This document shows, one piece after another, positions 50,161 through 63,439 of a DNA stretch of 64,000 bases; positions within the stretch are counted from its first letter, which is position 1, and each line of letters begins with the position of its first letter. Made by a program: the position numbers and the translations under genes. The notes under the pieces are model-generated. The model worked only from the letters and a program-made list of their open reading frames with translations, did no database searches and was not told the DNA's origin. The stretch is from Callorhinchus milii (taxonomy: Eukaryota): the NCBI RefSeq assembly GCF_018977255.1, contig NW_024704742.1:81470001-81534000 (forward strand), in the 5' to 3' direction.

Positions 50161-51593
50161 ACCAATGTACAGTAGAGGGAACACAACTTTTTATCCGTCA
50201 TGTTTATCATTTATTATCAAATATGTCTCAGCCTGGCTCAGTTAGTAGCATTGTTAAAATACTTGTGTTACATGAAAGGTGCTGTATAAATGCAAGTTTT
50301 GATTATCCAGACATTTATGATGTGATATGTCTCCATCTAGAGGTCATCATAATCTTTACCTTTTGAAGGAATAGTCATTCTAGAAATAGAATATCACAGG
50401 ATTTAGTGTAAAGGGTGGTGACCTCACTGGATTTACTGTAAAGTGTAGTGGCTGTATTTTTGTAGGGAAGCTATGGCATGTAGTAAACGTTCAATTTCTC
50501 TCTCTTTCTCTCCTTGGAAAGATCTCAGGACCACCTCATGCATTCCATGCTTTCAAAATGCCATGCATGGAATCTGGGGAATAATAATACTCCTTGCATT
50601 TAATATAGCTTCTTATCATGTTGTTAAACGATTTCAAAACTCTTCTCAGAATATACTATAAAGTGAATTGACTATATATTTTGTTGGCGAAATGGGACAG
50701 CTCCTTCCCTCCTGGGCCTATAAATATTTGCCCAAAATTGCAGGGATACTTTCGACAAATTTTGCAGAAAATGGCGGGGAGTTGTTTGGTGCCATTGAGG
50801 TACATTTTACTGCCAAACTAAATTTTTTCACTTCATTGATAAAAACTAAACATGAGGAAATAACACATATTATTGCAAAAAAATTTAATTGCTTCTTCAA
50901 CAAAAACTGGGTGGCCTTTTTGGGGGGGGTTGGGTGGGAGGGGAGAGTGGGGAATACCAGCGAGGCTACAGGAGTGCTAAGGGCCCAGCATCACGCAGAC
51001 CCAGAGAGAGAGACAACAACAACTTGCATTTCTTAGTGCCCTCCAAGTCGGCCGGAACCAGTAGAGCGGAGGCAGCGGGTACTACTGTGAGGAGAGAGGA
51101 GGTTACAGAGATAGGGGGGAAGCCAAGGAATGGAGGGATTTAAACACTAGAGTGAGGATCTTGAATTCGATCCTCTCTGTGCCAGGGAATGAATGGAATT
51201 TGTCAAGGACTGGGATAATTGGGGTGCAGAGTTTAGAGCGTGTAAGAATTCAGGCGGCGGAGTTTCGGATGAGTTGAATTTTGCAAATAGTGCAGGACGG
51301 GAGACCAGCAAGGAGGGAATTTGAGTAGTCCAGCCGAGAGCTGGCGAAGGTGTGGACACAGAGAGACACACACACACACTCACAAATGTATATAGAGAGA
51401 CATACACACAGACAATCACACACACTAACACACTCTCTCACACACAAAGACACAGACAATCAAAACAGCGAAGTCTCCGACTGAAGCCCATTTGGCACTT
51501 GTGCCGCACCGCGCATGTGTGTCCAGAGCTGCCCGAACTACACTGATGTCAGATAAACAGCCGGGAGGCCCGTGGGCTATACATTTATAGTGG

Positions 51594-51925
51594 GTTTGTA
51601 GTGGAGGGTGGTGTTTGTAGTGGAGGGTGGTGTTTGTAGTGGAGGGTGGTGTTTGTAGTGGAGGGTGGTGTTTGTAGTGGAGGGTGGTGTTTGTAGTGGA
51701 GGGTGGTGTTTGTATGGAGGGTGGTGTTTGTAGCGGAGGGTGGTGTTTGTATGGAGGGTGGTGTTTGTAGCGGAGGGTGGTGTTTGTAGCGGAGGGTGCT
51801 GTTTGTAGTGGAGGGTGGTGTTTGTAGTGGAGGGTGGTGTTTGTATGGAGGGTGGTGTTTGTAGCGGAGGGTGGTGTTTGTAGCGGAGGGTGCTGTTTGT
51901 AGTGGAGGGTGGTGTTTGTAGCGGA
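51594..51925 (+). repeat. 19-bp G-rich minisatellite (GTTTGTAGTGGAGGGTGGT), ~17.5 copies
   Basis: Directly visible tandem array with 18-bp and single-base variants. Confidence 0.95.
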
Positions 51926-52469
51926 TTCCTCAGAAAAAGTGCAGGCGCACTTTTCTATTGGCCCAGGTTATCCCATTCTCATACCCATTAATTTCTACAA
52001 TATAAAGAGCTGCAGAATGTGATATGCGCTTTGATAATTATCACAAGCTATTACATGACTGAAATATACAATTAAACTCTTCCTATATTATTGACAGATC
52101 TGTGAGTGACCACCCTAAATCCCACCCCACCCTACCAGCCTGTCTAAACTTCAAACTGCTGCCATCTCAATCTTAATTGCCCACAACTGTTGCCTCTCAG
52201 CCCTGTTGCACTGCAATACGATCTTCAGGCTGAGCATTGTCTGGTGATTTTATCAGCCCATGGGGGAACTCTTACAAAACAAAGTAAATAAAGGGAAGAA
52301 ATCTCTGAATAGACATTCAGACAAATGGTCTGCAAGAGTCTCTTAAAATTATACTCACTGAAAGACATTTTTATGGTCCCAGCAAGAGTAAACCACTGTT
52401 TCATAAAATATTTTATTGTCGATGCCATTGAATCCCGTTTTAGCCTCCTGTATAGCTGAGCTAAAGCCA

Positions 52470-53720
52470 TCGAATCATAGAAATTTACAGTACAGGAGGA
52501 TGGCATTCAGTACATAATGCCTGTGCTGGCTCTCTGTAAAAGATACTTATTTAGTCCAATTCTCCTGTCTTTTTCCCTTTTCTTTTGTTTTATTCCTTTT
52601 CAGATATCTATCTAACTCCCACTTAAAGGCTCATATAAATTTTGCCTCGACCACCATCCTACTTAGACAACACATCTTAACAACCCTCTGTGTAAAAATA
52701 AATTTCTTACCCTCTCGTTTTTATTAATTACTGTAAAGTTATGTTGTCTGGTTACTGAACTGACCAATAGAAATAATAAATATCCTGGGTGGAGGGGTGG
52801 GAAATGGAAGTGGGGTCTCCTTGGAGCTGAACTGGCTCAAGGTGACTTGCTTGGCAATGGAATGTTAGAATCGAGCCAACGCTTTGTGGTGGTCTCGTTA
52901 ATCCGGTTCCTGGGTCAAGTGGGTTCGCAATACTCCAGGGCACTGCTGCTGACAGCACAGCCAGCCGGGCTCAACGGCAGGATTTGGAAGAGTAGACCAG
53001 TCACTGGGGCGGGAATCTTTCCACTCAGCTCCTGTTAACCCTGTAATCCAAAGCCCTGTAGGATAATGTTAACCTAGCTGGACAAGCATCGGGAAAGCTT
53101 GCCAGACAGTGCTTTCAATATCAAGTTTTTTGTGGTTTTAGTTGGCTAGATTCCAGCACCACCCCAACACACACTCTGGAGTCCACAAGCTCATGCCAGC
53201 CTGCACCTAATACTCTCTGGAATTGGGAAAGCAGAATGCATCCCTTCGGGGAGAGAGTGAATATTCCTTTCCAGTTATGGGAGTTTCCATTTGTAAATTT
53301 CTCCTAGTTTACTTTATAATAAAAAAAGCTCACAATTTTTAAAACCTCTTGGAAGCTCCTCCCAAGCTTCACTGTTCTGGGGGAAACAGCTTCAATTCTA
53401 CCAATATCCCCTCATAAATAAAACCTCTCTTCTCTGATATCACCTGTGAAGTGCTTTGAGACGTCGAGAAGACGCGGAAAGCGCTATATCAAATGCAAGG
53501 ATTATTATTATATTATTATTATTATATTATTATATTATTATTATTATCCAAGTGAATCCCCTCTGTAACCCCCTTATGGTGTTGACATCCTTCCTATGTT
53601 AGGGTGCCCTACATAGGAAGGATGTTAAAACTATAAATATTCCATCTGCAGACTAACCAATCTTTATATGTATATCCTCTTTATTTTTATATCCCGTGCT
53701 CCTATTAATAAAACATTTAA
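52470..53720 (-). mobile_element. CR1-type LINE remnant fragmented by family C repeat and a SINE tail
   Basis: CATAGAAATTTACAGTACAG.AGGA.GGC.ATTCAG 3' end; ORF2-like remnants at ~53330-53720. Confidence 0.55.
52795..53295 (+). repeat. Unidentified dispersed repeat (family C), inserted in a CR1 remnant
   Basis: Colinear with the reverse complement of ~70-465 and with 48935-49366. Confidence 0.75.
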
Positions 53721-53804
53721 AGTTTTAAACATATTTTACCATTAAATTTGATGTATAATGTATATTCCCTCATGGAACAGATGAAAACATCAGTAAACGT
53801 ACAT

Positions 53805-54205
53805 CAGCCTGGCTCAGTTGGTAGCACTCCGCCTCTGAATCAGAAAGCTGTGGGTTCAAGCCCCACATTGGTACTTTGTGAACTCTTCAATACAGTGCTG
53901 GGCTTGCAATGCAATGGAATCCAAGAGGTGCCGTCCTTCAGATGACACATTAAACTGAGGTCTGGTCTTCCACATGGCTGTTAAAGCACCCATGGTACTA
54001 TTCAAAAAGAGAAGGGGATTTCTCCCAGTGTCCTAGCCAACAATCCTCCAGATAAAAATTTTCATTCACTTCATGGCTGTTTGTTGGGCATTGCTTTGCT
54101 CTGTTCAGCTACAAATAGACAGACACTTTCCAGTTAATTCTGTGTGGCAGTTTGAGATATTTTGACAAAGTAATTAGGAATTGTATCAAATGCAAGAATT
54201 AGTTA
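53805..54205 (+). mobile_element. Deu-domain SINE family B
   Basis: CAGCCTGGCTCAGTTGGTAGCAC...GGTTCAAGCCCCAC head; GAGGTGCCGTCCTTCAGATG core. Confidence 0.78.
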
Positions 54206-54799
54206 TCATTTATTATTTATTCTATTCCTTCATTATACTTTCCTTACCCATGTACAACTAGTTCACACCTTCACCATTTTCTTCATATTTTAATCAATAC
54301 ATTTAATGTATTTTAAAACTACATTCCTGGCCTTATGGAATAAGGGAGGACATAGAAGCAAAAAGGGAAGTATAAATAGACCCCACCCAAGGGAAGGAAC
54401 TGATTGGATTCTTGACTCTTTTATAGTATTAAAACCTAACACTGAATAGCAGAGCTACTTACAAGTGTATAGTTCTGCAAGTACAAAGCTTTGTCAGTCA
54501 CCAGCAAGAGAATTTTAGAAATATGAATCAGAATCTATTTCTTCTCAAGCCAGTGTCCAAGGAATGTGATCTGGAGGAAGAAAATAAGAATAATCCATGA
54601 ATTTCATATAGCAGTTAAAACAACTTGCACATACATAATGTCTTTTACAAAGCTCTTCATAGAGAAGAAGTGGGAACCTGAGTCTGGTGGGAAGGAGGGA
54701 GTTGACCAAAGGTGCAGTCAAAAGAATGTTTTTCAAAGCAGAGCGCGGGGCTGCAAAGCAGAGGGATTTGGAGTTTAAGAGAGCAAGGAATCATAGTAG

Positions 54800-55140
54800 T
54801 CAAAACATTTCAAAGCACATCACAAGCAATTGTGACTGTTGATTTGCCGGCGAATATGGCAGCTATTTCACAAACAGTAATGAAGTGAATGTTCAATTTA
54901 TCTGAAGGATTGTTGGCTAGGGTAGGAAGAAAAAGTTATTTCAATTTGTGTCATATGATCCTTAACATTGCCTGAAAAGGCTGACAGTCTGAGGCATCAC
55001 CTCAGACAATGTGGCACTCCCCCAGCACTGCACTGGGGGAGTAGTTGGTCTCGACTGTGAGCTTAAAGTCCCAAAATGGGGCATGAACCCACAACCCTCT
55101 GACCTGTAAGCAAGTGTGCTACCAACTAGGCTAAGCCGAC
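54800..55140 (-). mobile_element. Deu-domain SINE family B (degenerate)
   Basis: Head reverse complement TGAACCCACAACC..CTGAC...GTGCTACCAACTAGGCTAAGCCGAC. Confidence 0.65.
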
Positions 55141-57608
55141 AAGACTGGGAAGGTATAAATGCCTTTTTATCTTAAATGCCATCAAAAACTATTATTACAA
55201 TTCAGTAAAACTACACTATCCAAACACAAACACTCGTAACTTCAATTTAACCCGAAATAAATTGTCTGTATTAAGCCAATAATTGGATACAAACTGTCAG
55301 ATCATAACAATGAAACAGAAGATGGCGCTGTGTTAAAGCAAGTAGTGAGTGACATGCTTAGTTGCTGAAGTAATCCTTGCATTTGATACAGTGCCTTTCG
55401 AGTTGGAAGGATGTGTCAAAGTGCTTCACAGAATGACGAAGGTGCATTTTGTAGGCTAACATTGCTATGACAAGGTGTATTTTGTAGGCTAACAAAATGT
55501 TTACCTAGAAGTAAGTAGGAATCCGGTTGTTATCGATTGATGGTTCACTTTCCAGGGTAATAATAATAATTTTGTCTTTTGTTTTATAATACTAATTAAG
55601 TCATTCAATCCATAATTGTTTGTGGGTCACTGCTGTGCGCAATTGGCTGCTGGGTTTCGGCCACAAAATATAGTGAATTCACTTTACAGTATATTCTGTG
55701 AAGCGCTTTGAGACGTCCAGAAGACATGATAAGGACCAATATCCCCAATGCAAGGATTATTCTTATTATATCAAACCAAAAATTATTATTATTGTTGGCA
55801 CAAATGAAAAAACGCGGTCTTAAATCAGAATTCTTAACAATAGCTAAGATGCCTGTTTGATGCTGATGTAACGGTACCACAAAAATTAACCATTGGGATC
55901 TAATTTATGTTTTTTATATAAAAGGGAAACACTTTAATTGGGAATCTGAGACATATGTAACATGTATGTTACATAATATGTAACTAGCTGGACATATGTA
56001 ACATGGGAAATCCATTTTGACACAATCTACTTGTGGAACGGCATTCCTGTGGGTTGTTGGGTGTAAAAACTGCAGCCTAGATCCTGGTGTCACCATGTGG
56101 CATAATAATAATAATCCTTGCATTTGATTTAGCGTCTTATGACATCTTCGAGACATCTCAAAGCTCTTCACAGAATACACTGTAAAGTGAATTGACTATA
56201 TATTTAGTGGGTGGTACATTATAGGCACATGAAGGGGGGTGCACCATTCTCTGGTGAAATTAGACTTTGCATGGCCACAATTCACTCTCCAATTTTGGTT
56301 GGAGCATCTGTCACTGCCATGTAACTCAATCACTTGATTTAATATCACATCTGAATGACAGCAAATCTGTTAATGCAGCACACTCACAGCACTGTACTGA
56401 AATGTCATCTTATTAAACTGTGATCTCAATGCTTCTGACATCCTGATAATTCTGTCATTGTACGTTTCTATAGGAAGTACATTTCAAAGGCTTTGCAAAG
56501 ACTAAGTTGGAGCCCGAGCTGGGAGGAAGCTAGCAGAGGTTTGGGGAGCTGGCTTAAAGTGCAGTCCAAAGAGGTAAGTCTTTAGATAGATATTGAGAGT
56601 AGAGAGGGCAGAGGTGAGGTGTTGGTATTTTGGAAGAGAGTTTAGAGAGCATGGATCCAAATAATAATATTAATAACAATAATAATAATAAATCTTTCAT
56701 TTGATATAGCGCCCTATCATGTCATTGAGAAGTCTCAAAGAGCTTCGCAGGATATACTGTGAAGTGTTGCGACTGTGTATTTTGTAGGTTAAAGTCGGCA
56801 GTCAGTTTGCACACAGCCAATGTCCCACAAACAGCCACAGAGTGAGCAATCAATTTTATCTGGGGGATTGTTGGCATAAGAGCTCACAAGCCCAAGTTAA
56901 AAAGAAAGAAAATGCCTTAAGAACAATTCTGTAGCACTCAGCAAGAAAAAAAACACAAATTGAAAAAGGGACTCTTAGGAATTGAAATGATTAATCTGGA
57001 ATTCAACTGATCATTGCCTTGAGCAGCATTCTTTGCCTAGAAAATGAGGCAAGACAGATTCCCGTAGTTGCGTAACTGTCTGTGATTAGTTGCAGTCATG
57101 GGGATAAATGATTAAGCAGATGTTCGTCTTCATACAAGTTCTGTAATTATTTTTAAAAAGCCTTTTTTTAAACTCGGAGGAAGCATGCAGTGTCGACGTT
57201 AGTTAAAGTGGAACTAAGCCAAGAAAAAACACAATACTTTTATCTAGAGTTCTTGCTGTATACTTTGAACAAAAATAATAATAATCCAATACATTTGATA
57301 TAGCACCTTTCACATCAGGAGGATGTCTCAAAGCGCTTCACAGGATATACTGTAAAGTGCAGCAACTGTGAGTTTTATGGCTAATTGGTGCACAGCAATG
57401 TCCCACAAACAGCCACAAGGTGAAAAGTGGGGTTATCGGAATAAAAAATGTGTTATGTAATGTGGAACGTTTAGATGTTTCAGTGTCCCAGTGTCAAGCT
57501 CTCTGGGATGCTACTCCACGTGAAGGGTGCTATATAAATGCAAGTTGTTGTTGTTGAAATAACTGGATTTGTAACATACACCCCTGCTGCTCCCCTCTCC
57601 CATGACTT

Positions 57609-57973
57609 AGAGTCCTGTAGCTCAGTGGTTAGAGCACTCACCTCGCAAGCAAGACACCTGGATTCGATTCTCGGCAGGCTGAAACGTTGAGCAAGTTTGC
57701 TTACTCCACATGCCTCTGTTTACCTAGCAGTGAGCAGGAACCCAGTCGTTAGTCAATCGGCAGATCACTTTTCTGGGGTTAATAATTCCTTCAAAGAAAA
57801 TAATAATAAATTGGTCACTTCAATCCACGACTGATTGTGAGACACTGCTGTGAGCAATTGGCTGCTGCCCACAAAATATAGTCATTTCACTTTACAATAT
57901 ATTCTATGAAGCTCTTTGAAATGTCTCGAAGACGTGATAAGGCGCTATACCAAATGCAAGGATTATTATTATT
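57609..57973 (+). mobile_element. SINE family A, full length
   Basis: Same head/core/tail as 14958-15332. Confidence 0.85.
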
Positions 57974-58344
57974 ATGACTATGGTTTTGCCTAGAAGGCTG
58001 GTTCCGCAGCTGGTAAGCCTGTGATTTTGTTGGCATGCAGATCCCAACACTTCAGTGTTTGGTTGGGGTGCTGGCACTGAAATGTTGGGGTGTGTACTTG
58101 TACACTCCAATATTGTCTGTTCTGGGGAGGAGCAGGCAGCCTCTTGGAGAAGGCCTTCTTCATCCAAATCTCTCTTATTTTCTTCTTGGCTTAGTTGGTA
58201 GCAATCTCGCCTCTGAGTCAAAAGATTGTGGATTCAAGCCTCTTGTTGAGATTTGGAGCTCATTTCAATCCAGTGCAGGTGAGTGTTATATTATTGGAGG
58301 TGCCATCCTTCGAATAAGTTTTTAAGCTGAGGTGCTGTCTGGTA

Positions 58345-59095
58345 TGTTGGGATTTCCGATCCCGAGGTTCAAATAATGACCTGTCAATCCAATTAAGGTG
58401 TAATAGAGATTTATTAATCAAAGTAACACATACAGAAGAAGTAAAATAATACTGCCACTACAAGTAACAGAACTTATACTACCAATTTTGGAGCAGTCAG
58501 TTGTGATGGTTTCAGGATACCTTCTCTCCGATGGTTCGGCTGCCCCTCTTTGTCTGGCTGGATCTGCTGTCTTACTTGCCTAAAGTCAGGATAGTTATAC
58601 TTTTTCCACTTAGGAATCTTCCCCGCTTCTTCTCCAATCAAGCATCTTAACACGTACCCAACGTACTTGACCCTTGCACATCCTTGTACCCATATCTTCT
58701 AGATAAGCAGACCGTTTTGAGACAAAGCAGCTTGTTCATTATACATAGGACATCTTGCTTGTCTCTGTCTGGTAGAAACATTTAACATAATCGGCATGTG
58801 TTCACAGAATACTGAGCAGCTTTACTTAGGTGCCCTCATGGAATGCGGATTTCTTGGGCCCTTCTTGAAGCCTCTTCCATGCCTTCTCTCACCATCACAA
58901 CTGACTGAGCGTTAGCCTTTCAGTACAAGGATGGCTTATTCTGCCAATTCCTAAAATGTTAGTAAAACAGTTTCTTTCTCCTCCTGTTTCCTATTGTCAT
59001 GCATATATGGGTATTGATATACATATATATATATTCACTATTAATTCTTCTATTGCTCTTCTTACAAACTAAATTAAAATCAACCTTTTCTAACC
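58345..59095 (-). mobile_element. Probable solo LTR (~750 bp)
   Basis: Discrete insertion within a SINE core. Ends TGTTGG...CTAAC(C). Minus strand has a TATAA-like box (~58595-58599) and AATAAA ~65 nt before terminal CCCAACA. No clear TSD. Confidence 0.55.
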
Positions 59096-59172
59096 GATGG
59101 ACATTAAAGATCGTATTGCTTTATTTGAAAAGAGAATAACCCGCAGTTAAAATTGATTATTTATTGATCACC

Positions 59173-60270
59173 AACAACAACAACAACAAGATTCCAGTTA
59201 TAGAGCGCCTTTCACGTCGGGAGGACGTCCCAAGGCGCTGTACAGTTGGGTCAGGACCCGAGCAGGGGGGAAATGGTCAGGGTGAGGGGTGGGAAGGGAG
59301 GGAGCGAGGAGGGGGTAGAGAGTCGAGAGGGGAGCTGAAGGCACGGTCAAAGAGAAAGGTCTTGAGACCGGCCTTGAAGGAGGAAAGGGAGGAGGCGGCG
59401 AAGGCACTGGGGGATAGAGTTCCAGAGCCTCGGGGCTGAAGGCCCGGCCGCCAATGGTAGGTCGGTTGGGGCAGGGGATGTGGAGCAGACCGGAGCCAGA
59501 GGAACGGAGGGTACGGGCAGGTAGGTAGGGGGATAGTAGGTCGGAGAGGTAGGAGGGAGCAAGGCTGTGAATGGCCTTGTAGGTGAGGATGAGGATCTTG
59601 AATTCGATCCTCTGGGGGATGGGGAGCCAGTGGAGGCGAGCGAGGGTGGGAGTGATGTGGTCCCGAAGCCTGGTGCGGGACAGTACACGAGCTGCAGAGT
59701 TCTGAATGACCTGCAGCTTGTGGAGGGAGGTGCCGGGAAGGCCGATGAGGAGAGAGTTTCCATAGTCCAGCCTTGAGGTGATAAAGGCGTGGACCAGAGT
59801 TTCAGCAGCGTGAGGGGTGAGGTAGTGCCGTAGTCTGGCGATGTTCCGGAGGTGATGGAAGGCGGTGCCAGTTGTGGTGCGGATGTGAGGGAGAAAGGAC
59901 AGCTCAGGGTCGAACAGAACCCTGAGGTTCCTGACTGGCTTTGAGAGGTGGAGAGTGCAGCCTTGGATGCTGATGCTGTCAGCGCCTGAGGTGTGGAGGC
60001 ACTGACGTGAGCCAATCAGGAGGGCCTCAGTTTTGCGCACGTTGAGCTGAAGGAAGTTGTCTCTCATCCAGGACTCGATGTCGGACAGGCAGGCTGTCAG
60101 GACATCGGTGGTCGTGGAGTTGAGGGTAGAGGAGGAAAGGTAGAGTTGGGTGTCTTCCATACATGTGGAAGTTAACCCCATGTCTGCGGATGATGTCACC
60201 AAGGGGGAGCATATAGAGGGTGAAGAGGAGGGGACCGAGTACAGAGCCCTGAGGGACACCGCACGAGTCC
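59173..60270 (-). mobile_element. Young 5'-truncated L2 LINE (RT C-terminal half + 3' UTR)
   Basis: [14 protein letters not shown], then one frameshift in the YxDD motif, then a long open frame DTQLY...LHWLPIPQRIEFKI. Terminal stem-loop GCGCCTTGGGACGTCCTCCCGACGTGAAAGGCGC and (TTG)n tail. CpGs retained. Confidence 0.93.
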
Positions 60271-61297
60271 CTCATGGCTGTTTGTGGAAGTTGGCTGCCG
60301 TATTTGCCTACAAATACACAGTTACTACACTTTACAGTAAATCCCGTAAAGCCCTTTGAGATATCCACACAATGTCCTAAGGCTCTGTGTCAATGCATGG
60401 ATTATTATTATAATAAATAAGAAAGTGTTCTGTTGCCAGCACTAGTGCTCCTCAATTTGACACACACAATATTCACAAAAAGTAAATCCAGCACAAAAGA
60501 TTTGCTCCCTCCAAATCTATTTCTTTTATTCTCTCTTTGGGACAGGCAGGTTGGTCTACTCTCAGGCCAATTTGAAAGTCAGCCACTAGGAGGTGTAAAA
60601 CAATCTTTTTAAAAGGAAATATTTAATTCCATTTTGTCGCCAATATTGTGAATGCAAAGTAATTTCTCTCCAACCCACTTACACCTGCTTGGTTTGTTGA
60701 TAAGGGGAGTGCAGCATTGAATCTGCCCAAGAACAAATGTGTGTCAGGGAAAGCCAAGAATATGTAGATCAGTAATGGAGCAAAAACCACCAGCAATGCT
60801 TTGTGGCAATTTCAAAACCCGTTAAGATTTTAATCACATTGCTCAAAGCGGTGGTGTCAGAGCAGCTGGACTTCCTAATACTCTGTCAAATTGAAGGCAG
60901 CCGGTCAAATGTGATACAGAAGTTCAATCTGGGAGCACTGTGTGAATTAGTGTCGTATACGCACACTGTTTCCATTGTTGCAGCTGAAGCAAATGGTTCT
61001 CTATTGTACATCTTTAAAGTAAAATGCCAACCCTCTATCAGCAGCTAATGGTGTTTCATGAATACATCAGACCTGTTCATTCTGCAGGCAAACAGAAATG
61101 GATGATTGGTAATGGTTATTTCTGGATCCACAAGGGCATCGCATTACTGGTGCATTACTAAAGGATAAAGCATTCTCTACAGCCCAGAACTATGGCCTTA
61201 AAATAGTTAAACAACTGTCCTCACTGGAAATGATTTTCAAAACTTTGTTTTAAGGGGTGACTGTGTAAATAATGGGAATAAAGTTAAAGTAATTTTA

Positions 61298-61600
61298 TAA
61301 TGATCCTTGCATTTGAAACAACACCTCATCATGTCATTCTCAAATGCTTCTCGGCATTTTACTGTAGAGTGTAGTAACTGTATTTGCTGGCAAACAGCCA
61401 TGAAGTGAAAGACCAATTTTATTTGGAGAAGTGTTGGTCGTGACACTGCAAGGAACTCTCTTCTCTTTTCAAATAGTGCTGTGGGATCTTTGACTTTCAC
61501 CTGAATAGGCAGACAGTACCTAGGTTTAATATTTCATCTCAGTGATGATGCCTCTGACAGTGTAGCACACCTCCAGGACTGCATTGGAATTTGTCCTGAA
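61298..61600 (-). mobile_element. Deu-domain SINE family B
   Basis: Reverse-complement core (TCAAATAGTGCTGTGGGATCTTT...CACCTGAATAGGCAGAC) and tail. Confidence 0.7.
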
Positions 61601-62679
61601 ATTGCTCTTTGCACTCTAAACCTGTGGTCTTTTGCTCAGCTGTCTTCAAACCACAGAAATTTACAATGCAGAAATATATATATAGATATATAAATATAAC
61701 ATTTATATTTGCATTTATATGGAGTCCTTCATGACTCAGAGCAATGTACAAAAATAAATACATTATCTGAAAGTTTTGTTCTGGGTTTGATTTCTGAATT
61801 TCATTTAAAATCTTGTTCACCTCTATAAGGTCCCCTCTGACTTTTTTTTAGAAAGGCTTTGTACATGTTATATCGTCAAATACAGTAAAAATCTGATTCT
61901 GGATAAAGGATCGTGAGGCTGCTATCTGCAGCATTAAGTGCAAGTGTAGAACTTTGTGAGATGATTGAGATGTAAAAATAGATGTTTTCTGCATAGTCAG
62001 CCCAACAGGGAACATTCCTGGTTCTGTGGAACAGTATATTTTCCTCAGAGTGACTCAGAACTCAAGACTAAGTAGATATATTTTAATCCCAAAGGTGTGT
62101 GACAGATGGACTAGATTGTATTTGCGATCATATTTGTTATTTCAGAGTGAGCCTTCTCTAGTCTTGCAGTTAATAAATGAGGGCAAACATGCTAAGGGGG
62201 GAATGCTCCATCCTTTTACTCACTTGGAATTGAAGTCGACCATCTGGTTTCCCCCTCTCCCTTCCCCTGTTCGGCATCCAACCAGCGAATGGTCCAGTGC
62301 TCTGAGACCGTATATTGAAAGGCACCATATACTAATAATAATCTTTAAAATGGATATAGTGCCAAAGCTCTGCACTGGATACATTGCAAAGTGAGGTAAC
62401 TGTTTTTTTTGTGGGCAAATTCATTTCTTTTCATATCAATGCAAGATGTTGTTTTTATTCTTTTAGATGTTTATGGAATCCTGTACAATATAACTTAATA
62501 TGGCTTTCACAAATGACTTACTTTGTTTCTACAAAAGTGGCTGGTTTAAGTGATGGTCTGGGGTGATGGTGATATTCTTCCAAGTTGCTGCAGGACAGTG
62601 TCCACAAAATACACAGTTAATTCACTTTACAGTATATTCTGTAAAACCCTTTAAGACATCTAAAATAACAAAAACAAAG

Positions 62680-63040
62680 CAACAACTTGCACTTATATAG
62701 CGCCCTCCATGTAGGATAATGTCTCAGAGCGCTTAACAGTGCCGGAGCCTGACTACGAGCCGGGAGGAGGTGGGAGGTGGCCGTAAGCACGGTTGAAGAG
62801 GAAAGTATTCAGGTGGGATTTGAAAGAGGGGAGAGAGGGGGCAAGGCCGAGGGATTGAGGGAGAGCGTTCCAGAGGTTTGGGGCTTACTGGCTGAAAGCA
62901 CGACCTCCGATGGTGGGGAGTGCGAAGGACAAGCAGGAGGCCGGTGCCAGTTGAGCGGAGGTGCCGGGTGCTGGATTGGGGAATGAGGAGATCAGAGAAG
63001 TCAGGAGGTGCCAGGGAGTGAATTGATTTTGAACACGAAT
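62680..63040 (-). mobile_element. L2 3' fragment
   Basis: caacaacttgcacttatatagcgccc tail plus G-rich 3' region shared with other copies. Confidence 0.7.
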
Positions 63041-63439
63041 AAGGTGTTATATCAAATGAAAAGATTATTATTATTATTATTATTATTATTAAGACACTAG
63101 ACTCATTTAAAAACTGCTTGATACCATGATGGGAGATTGGTAGGGTGGGTGTAGAGGAAGGAGGAGATCAGGTGGATCAAAGGGCCTTCTTTATCTAAGC
63201 CGATCTTGTGACCTTCCAATCATGTGTAGATGCCTTGATATCATCACGTAAGCATCACAATGATATAATCTGAAACTATAAGATAAACCACAGGATCACT
63301 TGGCTTCAAAGAGCTTGTGATTTCCGGGACAGACAGAGAGAATCAAGAATAATGCAAACACTTTAGGGGTTATTTTCCCCTTGATGGTAAATTTACTGAC
63401 AAGCAAAAAATATTATTTTATGGCAGTCGATTATTTACA

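Larger units (their letters stand above)
58186..60420 (+). mobile_element. Deu-domain SINE family B split into three pieces by two insertions
   Basis: Head and core at 58186-58344; core resumes GATGGACATTAAAGATC at 59096; tail resumes CATGGCTGTTTGTGG at ~60273. Confidence 0.75.

Noticed and set aside
55438..55495. 23-bp local direct duplication (also ~6412-6468)
   Set aside because: Ordinary slippage duplications within decayed SINE tails.
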